Shown here one piece after another: positions 1 through 6,788 of a stretch of DNA of 36,180 nt. The DNA is from an uncultured bacterium (GTDB lineage Bacteria; Verrucomicrobiota; Lentisphaeria; Victivallales; Victivallaceae), in the NCBI GenBank assembly GCA_949286445.1, contig CASECL010000032.1, forward strand, positions 1 to 36,180. The letters run 5' to 3'. The position numbers and the translations under genes are program-made. How positions within the stretch are numbered: position 1 is the first letter of the stretch; each line of letters opens with the position of its first letter. The notes below the pieces were generated by a model. It had not been told where the DNA came from. It worked only from the letters and a program-made list of their open reading frames with translations, and searched no databases.

Positions 1-382
1 GTCGGTGACGGCGGTAAAGGTTTCCCGCGGCACGTTGAAGCCTCCGATAATTCTCGGCGCGGCCCCGGGGGCGGCTTTGATAACCAGACCGTTATCGGCA
101 GAGCCAATCTGGATTTTTTTGTCCAGCATGTAAATTCCGTCATTGACGATAACGGCGCGGGACGATGCGTCTCCCTTGCGGGACAGTTCAATGGCGCGGG
201 AAATTGTTTTTACCGGAGATTTCGCGCTGCCGTCGGCAGAATCATTACCGCTTGGTGAAACGTATATTTCTGCTGCGCCCAGCGAGCAGAACGTCATGGC
301 GGCAATCAGGCTTACCCGAATCGATGTCATTTTTTCTCCTCTCTTGTATTTTGTTGTTGTTTGGTTGTGTGTTTATTTAAAA

Positions 383-2095
383 TCAATATAATTTGAATTT
401 CCGTTCCACGTCTTTTGCCCGTTTAATCTTCGGCCCGGCATGACGGCCGAATTGCCAGGCGACAACGGATATTTCAATCGGAAATTTTCCATTTTCCGGA
501 ATGTCTTTAAAAATGAGTTTATTTCCTTCAACTACCGCCGGACCGTATTTGACAAAATACTTTACCGGGAGACCGGAATCTGATTTTGCGTTGAGGGTGA
601 TTGATTTAACCTTGCGGTCGGTGTCGGGAATGGCAGGAAAATCAATGGTTTGTTCTCTGCCTTCGCGGGGAGTGGGAATATTTATGTACATCGGCATAGT
701 GCAGAGCCGGAAATCTTTATCGCCGGGATGAATTACCAGCATAATTGCTCCCGGATCATTGGAATTTACCACATTGCGGTCGATGTAGAGCTGGAATTTA
801 TTGTTGCCCAATGGTTTTGCCGCTCCGCAAAGCCATTCGATCCGGGGCGGAACGGGGGAGTGTTCAAGTTTTTTGCCTGCATCCTTGCAGTCCCGGGGCG
901 TGACATCCAGCATTTTAGCATGAAGCGTGAAAGTCATGGCGTCATCTTCCATTTCCGGAGTTGAACGCTGAACGCCATTGAAATTAAAGGGAATAACGTT
1001 GCCGTTTTTATCCGTAAAAGCGGCGATTTGTGATTTTGCGTTCCAGTTCACATCTGCCAGATCGTAAGCCGCCTGCGCGGTTTCCCGGTCAAAATACCAG
1101 GGCAATGCCCGTTCCATGCCGACAGCGTTTTTGTACGGTTTGGGTTTCATGGGATTTTTCACCCCCGGGCCGGGAAGGCGGGCAATATAGCCGTCGGCGA
1201 AAACAACTTTTTTGAGTTTGGGTGAACCGTCGTCAGAAAGCCGGGCTTTGCAGGCTCCCCGGATGTATTTCAGGATTGCGTCAAGCATGGCGTCAGTCAG
1301 GGTGAAATGCGCGCTTCCTGCTTCAATCATCAAACTGCCGGGCCAGGCGAGCCGCTGAAGCCGGAGATTTTCACAGCCTTTGGCATCGCTCTGAGCCTTG
1401 GTTTTCCATGAGGTATTGATATCTGATTTATTGAAGCCCCATTCGGCTCCGCTGCCGCAGGCGGCAAGGACCGGGGTATTTTTTTCCACCCGGTGATACT
1501 GGTTGTCTTTGAGCCAGATTCCGGCGACCACCCGGTCTTCCGCGCCGTTGAGGAAGTGGTTGACCAAGTGAAGATGTCCGGATTCTCCTATCGGTATCAA
1601 CGGTACTGTTTTCAGTTCGCTGAAACCGGATTTTTCTGCCAAATCGTCCAGAATCTGCTGGAGATACTCCAAATGTCTGCGCGCTTTTTCCTGCTGAGTC
1701 ATAACGCTGTTATCCGCGCCGTTGACAAAGTGCATAAGCAGCGAGCGGTTGGTGAAAAGTATGGCCAGATCAAGTTCTTTGCAAAGTTCTCTCAATTTGG
1801 GATTGCCGGCCAATCTCTGTTCCGGAACGTTATTGCCCATGACGATAAGGGCCCGGATTTTTTTGATTTCCGGCGGCACCCAAAGATAAGCATTGCAGGT
1901 ATTATCCCAGGTGAAAAGAGTTTTATTCAGCTTTGACTCATCCGGTACTTTAAATGGGTTGACCATGTATTTGCGGGTGGTCGAGTACTGGTAAATCATG
2001 TTTTCCGGGCTTTGCACGGCAAGCGTTTCCGCCGCATTCACCAACGGTGAAATGCCGATCCCCAGAAACAATGCCGGAATAAGAACTCTTTTCAT
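383..2095 (-). CDS. Secreted hypothetical protein (570 aa). Possibly a hydrolase/esterase-like enzyme of the polysaccharide-degradation cluster; family not recognised.
   Basis: Long ORF with an ATG start at 2093-2095. The N-terminus MKRVLIPALFLGIGISPLVNAAETLA looks like a signal peptide. It is co-oriented and tightly spaced (28 nt) with the downstream SGNH hydrolase gene. I recognise no catalytic motif with confidence; GESGH at about aa 170 is only a loose nucleophile-elbow resemblance. Confidence 0.6.
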   Translation of the reverse strand: MKRVLIPALFLGIGISPLVNAAETLAVQSPENMIYQYSTTRKYMVNPFKVPDESKLNKTLFTWDNTCNAYLWVPPEIKKIRALIVMGNNVPEQRLAGNPKLRELCKELDLAILFTNRSLLMHFVNGADNSVMTQQEKARRHLEYLQQILDDLAEKSGFSELKTVPLIPIGESGHLHLVNHFLNGAEDRVVAGIWLKDNQYHRVEKNTPVLAACGSGAEWGFNKSDINTSWKTKAQSDAKGCENLRLQRLAWPGSLMIEAGSAHFTLTDAMLDAILKYIRGACKARLSDDGSPKLKKVVFADGYIARLPGPGVKNPMKPKPYKNAVGMERALPWYFDRETAQAAYDLADVNWNAKSQIAAFTDKNGNVIPFNFNGVQRSTPEMEDDAMTFTLHAKMLDVTPRDCKDAGKKLEHSPVPPRIEWLCGAAKPLGNNKFQLYIDRNVVNSNDPGAIMLVIHPGDKDFRLCTMPMYINIPTPREGREQTIDFPAIPDTDRKVKSITLNAKSDSGLPVKYFVKYGPAVVEGNKLIFKDIPENGKFPIEISVVAWQFGRHAGPKIKRAKDVERKFKLY

Positions 2096-2123
2096 TTTCT
2101 CACCTGGTTTTTTTATCCTGCAA

Positions 2124-3449
2124 TTATTTTACAATTTCGCCTACCAGCATGATCTGAAGCGGGTAGAAACCGTTGTCCTTGAACAGAGCCGGGTTTTCCC
2201 GGTACTTCCTGTCATTGCCTTTTCGGTAATAGGAGGCAAGAATTTTTCCCTTGTCAAACTTGTCATCAGTCAAAGTCCAGGTGACAGTGTGCACCCCGTT
2301 CTTGACTTCCGGCAGCGGTCCGCCTGAGGTACGGTAAGAATTGCCATAGACGGAGAAACGGTTTGACTTCACTTCTTTACCATCATCAATAACATGCTTG
2401 ACGATACCGGATCCCGGGCCGACTTTTTCGGTAAGTCCGACAACAGTACCCTTGAATTTTACGGTCATGGATGAACCCGGGGTGATAGTTTTCATCCCTT
2501 TGCCATCGCGTTTCCAGTTGCCGGAAAATACCGCATTGCCGTCAAGAGGAAGATTTTTCGCCAGTTCCCAGCTTTCTCCGAACATCGGCGGAGGCAGTTG
2601 AGCCGGATAAGGTGTTTCCCCCTTTTCCAGCTGCGGCAGAACTCTCTGCACCACTCCGGCATAAACCGCGTGTCCGGTGGGAATAACCGGATGGGTGTTG
2701 TCTTCGGTAAATACCAGTTTGCCGTCAGCATCCTTACCGGTGGCTTTGTCTGCCACTTTGCCGCGGCCGACAGCCTTGCCTTCTTTGACCAGCTTGGCAA
2801 CGGCAGGGCCGAAGTAGATGGAGGGCAGATTGTAATATTTTGCCACTTCCTCATGGACGCCGACTGCCGGCTGTGCTTTGCCGTCAATCAGGTCTTTCAG
2901 ATTGTGATTTTGTATGGTATAGACAAAGCAGATATCGGTTTTGGGATTGGCTTTCTTTACTTTTCTTACGATGCCTTCCAAAGCCCGCATTACATCCCGG
3001 GTTTTCCGGACAGAATCACCGCCGTCGTTGACCGCAAATTCGATGAAAACCAGATCCGGTTTTTTTGCCACCAGGTCCTGGTCGGCGCGGAATACTCCGA
3101 AGATAGATCCGGTGCCGCCCATTGAACCATTGACCATAGTCATTTTGCAATTGGGAAATGCTTTCTGCAGATTGGCAAAGGACTGGGTGCTCCAGCCGCC
3201 GCGGTGGGCAGTGATACTGCCGCCGAAATATGCTACTGTAACCGGTTCTCCCGCCTTGGCTTTGCGGAAGAATTCCGGCAATCCGCCCCGCACGTTGAGT
3301 TCGACGGCGGGAATTTTCTTTTTTGCCACAGCAAGCCGCTCGGCTTCCATGTTTCTTCTGGCGTAATCCTGTTCGTCCTGGGGAATATCCACGGCGCAAA
3401 CCGCCGCCGCCCCGGCCGCTGCAAATAAAACTGAGAATAATTTGAACAT
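2124..3449 (-). CDS. SGNH/GDSL-family hydrolase, a secreted carbohydrate esterase. CE12-like rhamnogalacturonan/pectin acetylesterase is plausible.
   Basis: Signal peptide MFKLFSVLFAAAGAAAVCA. SGNH blocks are present: block I YFGGSIT (Ser nucleophile), block III FAVNDGG, and block V DNTHP (the catalytic Asp-x-x-His). The extra C-terminal roughly 180 aa is beta-rich. Confidence 0.75.
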   Translation of the reverse strand: MFKLFSVLFAAAGAAAVCAVDIPQDEQDYARRNMEAERLAVAKKKIPAVELNVRGGLPEFFRKAKAGEPVTVAYFGGSITAHRGGWSTQSFANLQKAFPNCKMTMVNGSMGGTGSIFGVFRADQDLVAKKPDLVFIEFAVNDGGDSVRKTRDVMRALEGIVRKVKKANPKTDICFVYTIQNHNLKDLIDGKAQPAVGVHEEVAKYYNLPSIYFGPAVAKLVKEGKAVGRGKVADKATGKDADGKLVFTEDNTHPVIPTGHAVYAGVVQRVLPQLEKGETPYPAQLPPPMFGESWELAKNLPLDGNAVFSGNWKRDGKGMKTITPGSSMTVKFKGTVVGLTEKVGPGSGIVKHVIDDGKEVKSNRFSVYGNSYRTSGGPLPEVKNGVHTVTWTLTDDKFDKGKILASYYRKGNDRKYRENPALFKDNGFYPLQIMLVGEIVK

Positions 3450-3498
3450 CTTAAATGCCTTTATTGTTACTGTTTATACCGGACTGCAGCAGGTGTCG

Positions 3499-4134
3499 TT
3501 ACTTTTTGCTTATAGACTCAACTTCTTCTGCGGAGAGCGCACGGTCGAAAATTTTCACTTCATCAACAATGCCGACGAAATTTCCGCCGTCCGGAGCTCC
3601 GCCTACATACAGTTCAAGTCCTTCTGCGGGATAGACGGTCTTGGGCACATTGTAACGTTTCACCAATTTGCCGTCAACGTAGAAACGGTTTTCCGTTCCG
3701 GAGATGGTCCAGACCAGTGAAACAAAACGATCCGCTACATTTGGTGTCTCATTGGGCATGAGTTGAACGGCATTCATCATGCCTCGATAGGCGGTCCCGT
3801 CAAAGAAGATGGTAAAGGGCGTTTTCCAGTAGCTTGCTGAATTGCCGAGAACCACTTTGCGGCGGTTCAGCTGCTGATCAGCCGCGGCGAATTTGGCAAA
3901 GCAGCTCACTGTGATTTCGCCATTTTTCGGGACGATTTTCCCCAGGGAAACACTGTTGGTACCGTCAAAGCTCATGGCTTTGCCGCGCACTGCATCATCG
4001 GAGTTGCCGTCTTTGTCAAAGGTCATTTCTTTTACCGGTTTCAAGGCCGGTGCTTCAGCGACGACTTCTGCTGAATAGGCACAGAAAGCACCTGAAAAAA
4101 TAGCGGAAATGAGCATTGCTGTGTAAAGTTTCAT
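3499..4134 (-). CDS. Secreted LamG/concanavalin-A-like lectin-fold protein, about 211 aa.
   Basis: I take the start as the internal ATG at 4132-4134 (MKLYTAMLISAIFSGAFCAYSAE, a clean signal peptide). The longer ORF to 4242 adds a non-signal leader. Laminin-G-like features: the ...FVSLVWTISGTENRFYVDGKLV... and ...LELYVGGAPDGGNFVGIVDEVKIF... patterns. The domain call is by pattern only. Confidence 0.5.
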   Translation of the reverse strand: MKLYTAMLISAIFSGAFCAYSAEVVAEAPALKPVKEMTFDKDGNSDDAVRGKAMSFDGTNSVSLGKIVPKNGEITVSCFAKFAAADQQLNRRKVVLGNSASYWKTPFTIFFDGTAYRGMMNAVQLMPNETPNVADRFVSLVWTISGTENRFYVDGKLVKRYNVPKTVYPAEGLELYVGGAPDGGNFVGIVDEVKIFDRALSAEEVESISKK

Positions 4135-4195
4135 AATCTTGTCTCCTGTTTTTTTAGTGGAAAAACCGGATATATCCCGGATTTTTTCCGGAATA

Positions 4196-5470
4196 TTATT
4201 CCGGCAATGCACAATTTTCAAGTTCCAGGCAGTCCACATCATCCTGAACTACCGGGCGGCGGACATCGGGATTGCTCAAGGTAAATTCAGCATTTTTAAT
4301 CGTAACTTTGCCCGCATGTCTCAGATAGGCACAGCAGGCCGGAGTAACGCCGAAATGATGAATTTCCGGATATGCCGCCGGCTGTTCATCCGGGACAGAC
4401 GCTCCTGCCGGATTGTCCAGACCGCCATGGAATTTGACCTTAATATCTTTTAAAGTCACGCTTTCAATTTTAGCTTCCGGAATACCGCAGACCAGGATGC
4501 CGGACAAAGACAGCGGAGATACTTTTTCTTTTGTCCAGTGATGGGTAATGGGTTCATCGGGAATTGCCACTTCGGCAGACATCTTTTCTATTACAATATT
4601 CTTTATGCTTCCGGCCTGACGTTTTGGTGCGCCTTTGGCGTAAATATTGCAGCGGTCGCCCAGCCGGATCATTACCGGACCGGTAGTGTCGGTTGATGTT
4701 ATCCCGGAAATTGTCACATTTGAAATATTGGCTCCGTCGCTGCTGAGAATTTTTATGGAGCCGAGTCCGGCGCGGGTTATTTCACAGTCATGCAGGTAAA
4801 TATTGCGCATGTCGCCGTATGATTCAGTACCGAGCTTGAGTGCGCCGCATTCGGTGCTTATTCTGCAATTGAATGCTTCAATATCTTCACAGGGACGTGG
4901 CTGAGTTGATTTTATACAGATGCCGTCATCTCCGGACTGGATATCGCATCCGGAAATTTTTACCTTGGAGCAGCTGTCCACGTCAATTCCGTCATTGTTG
5001 TTGTTGACACGGCTGTCAATTTTTATTCCGGTAATTTCCACATTGGTACAGCACTGGAGATGGCATGTCCATGCTGCGGCGTCTTTCAGGGTTACGCCGG
5101 AGAGTTTCACATTCCGGCAGTTAAGCAGCCGCACCAGGAACGGGCGTTTGGCATGATCCGGGGAATCGGCCTTGAATGCTCCGCCGTTTCCATTTATGAC
5201 ACCTTCTCCGGTGATGGCGATATTTTCAACCCCGTCTCCGAGGATAAGCGCGCGTCCGCGGGGTTCGCCCATGGCATCGATAAAATAGTTTTCCGGCAGC
5301 GGATAATCAGCGATATCTTCAGAACCGGATATTTCTGCGCCATTTTCCAGATGCAGGGTGATGTTGTTTTTCAAAACGAGAGTGCCGCAAAGGTGTTTTC
5401 CGGAAGGAACATTTACCACGCCTCCTCCCGCCGCGGCAGTTTTATCGATCATTGACTGGATATCAGACAT
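4196..5470 (-). CDS. Glycoside hydrolase family 28 (polygalacturonase/rhamnogalacturonase-type, parallel beta-helix). There is no signal peptide, so it is probably an intracellular exo-acting enzyme.
   Basis: GH28 signature blocks NNNNDGIDVDS (the NTDGID-like block), SGDDGICIKS (G-DD-I-K), and repetitive beta-helix rungs (ISG/ITG repeats). The N-terminus MSDIQSMIDKTAAAGGG lacks a hydrophobic signal. Confidence 0.85.
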   Translation of the reverse strand: MSDIQSMIDKTAAAGGGVVNVPSGKHLCGTLVLKNNITLHLENGAEISGSEDIADYPLPENYFIDAMGEPRGRALILGDGVENIAITGEGVINGNGGAFKADSPDHAKRPFLVRLLNCRNVKLSGVTLKDAAAWTCHLQCCTNVEITGIKIDSRVNNNNDGIDVDSCSKVKISGCDIQSGDDGICIKSTQPRPCEDIEAFNCRISTECGALKLGTESYGDMRNIYLHDCEITRAGLGSIKILSSDGANISNVTISGITSTDTTGPVMIRLGDRCNIYAKGAPKRQAGSIKNIVIEKMSAEVAIPDEPITHHWTKEKVSPLSLSGILVCGIPEAKIESVTLKDIKVKFHGGLDNPAGASVPDEQPAAYPEIHHFGVTPACCAYLRHAGKVTIKNAEFTLSNPDVRRPVVQDDVDCLELENCALPE

Positions 5471-5573
5471 TTTAGTTTTTCTTCCTTAATTTTGTTTTTT
5501 ACTTTAATGCATATCTCCTCATGTATTATAGTGTCAAAAGAGGTTAAATCCAAGTGATTTTTTATGAAAATTT

Positions 5574-5608
5574 CATGAAAATTCAAAAAACAGTGATGAA
5601 TTTTCATG
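5574..5608. promoter_or_regulatory. Perfect 12-bp inverted repeat catgaaaattca-N11-tgaattttcatg, a candidate operator or regulatory hairpin in the 540-bp AT-rich divergent intergenic region.
   Basis: Read directly: 5574-5585 catgaaaattca; spacer 5586-5596; 5597-5608 tgaattttcatg (the exact reverse complement). The overlapping near-palindrome atgaaaatttcat at 5564-5576 extends the symmetry. Confidence 0.35.
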
Positions 5609-6012
5609 GCTGATGCGATATGAACTGGACACACAATGCAATAGTTTGAGTTTGAAAACGCTTCTGGAAGACGTTCTGAATAGCGGAAATAACAGAAAAT
5701 ACGGAAAATCATAAATGCCTTTGCTGATTAAGAGGTGAAACTTTTATTGTTATTTTCATAACTCAGATCAGCAGGGGATAAAATCCGGCGTGACGGGAGT
5801 TTTTTATATTTTCCGGACATGGCGTGTGGATCGGTATATCCGGCAGAAAAGGCGGACAGAATACTTGATGCTGAACCTGCATGAAAAATGTACTTGTTGT
5901 CTGACGGATATCTGTTTAAACAGATTTTTTTTATTACGGAAGGTTTTATTTTGTAAAAAACGTGCTAAATTATAGGGAATATTAATATTTTTCAGTTTTC
6001 AGGAGGATAAAG

Positions 6013-6759
6013 ATGAGCGGAAGAATTGACGGGCGTGCTGTGGATGAACTTCGTCACTGGTCATTTCAGCCGGGATTTCTGAAGCATCCGCTGGCTTCTG
6101 TGCTGGCCTGCTGCGGCAATACCCAGGTGTCCTGCGCGGTAAGTGTGAAAAATAAAGTGCCGTCATGGATGAAGGCGCAGAAAGTTCCCGGTGGATGGAT
6201 TACCTGCGAGTACGGCATGCTGCCGGCGGCGACGGGAGAACGGACTAAACGGGAGGCTTCCGCAGGAAAACAGAGCGGGCGCACGATGGAAATACAGCGT
6301 CTGATCGGGCGCAGTGTCCGCACGATGGTGGATTTGAAAAAACTGGGGGAATTTACTTTCTACTGTGATTGTGATGTTATAAATGCTGACGGCGGAACAC
6401 GTTGTGCCGGAATAACCGGTTCGTCACTGGCTCTGGAAATGGCGGCGCGTTCTCCGGAAGGGTGCGGTTTTTTCCCGGAGGGATCATTCCGTGAGGGAGT
6501 GGCTGCGGTCAGCGTGGGGATCGTGGACGGAGTGCCGATGCTGGATTTGTGCTACGAAGAGGATTCGGCGGCGGAAGTGGATATGAATGTGATTATGACC
6601 GCATCCGGTAAAATCGTGGAAATTCAGGGCACGGCAGAGGGTAAGGTGTTCAGCCGCAGTGAACTGAATGATCTGCTTGATCTGGCGGAACATGGTTTGA
6701 AAGAGATATTCCGGCGCCGGAATGAAGTGCTGGAAGCATTCTTGAACGGGAAAAAATAA
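6013..6759 (+). CDS. rph: Ribonuclease PH
   Basis: Shine-Dalgarno ggagga 8 nt upstream of the ATG. The N-terminus MSGRIDGRAVDELR...ASVLACCGNTQV and ...DCDVINADGGTRCAGITG... are RNase PH/PNPase-family motifs. The length of 248 aa is typical. Confidence 0.9.
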   Translation: MSGRIDGRAVDELRHWSFQPGFLKHPLASVLACCGNTQVSCAVSVKNKVPSWMKAQKVPGGWITCEYGMLPAATGERTKREASAGKQSGRTMEIQRLIGRSVRTMVDLKKLGEFTFYCDCDVINADGGTRCAGITGSSLALEMAARSPEGCGFFPEGSFREGVAAVSVGIVDGVPMLDLCYEEDSAAEVDMNVIMTASGKIVEIQGTAEGKVFSRSELNDLLDLAEHGLKEIFRRRNEVLEAFLNGKK

Positions 6760-6788
6760 TCTACTTGAAATAATATTGCAGGTGGCAA

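Noticed and set aside
5790-5975. 61-aa plus-strand ORF and an 87-aa minus-strand ORF (5449-5712) in the AT-rich intergenic region
   Set aside because: Neither has an RBS. Both have C/F/R-rich or K/I-rich skewed composition typical of AT-rich non-coding DNA, and the 87-aa ORF overlaps the GH28 start.
5941-5990. Sigma70-like promoter for rph (ttgtaa ... tatagg / taatat)
   Set aside because: The hexamers match only 4-5 of 6 with non-optimal spacing (14 nt). That is not enough to place a promoter with confidence and no experiment locates it.
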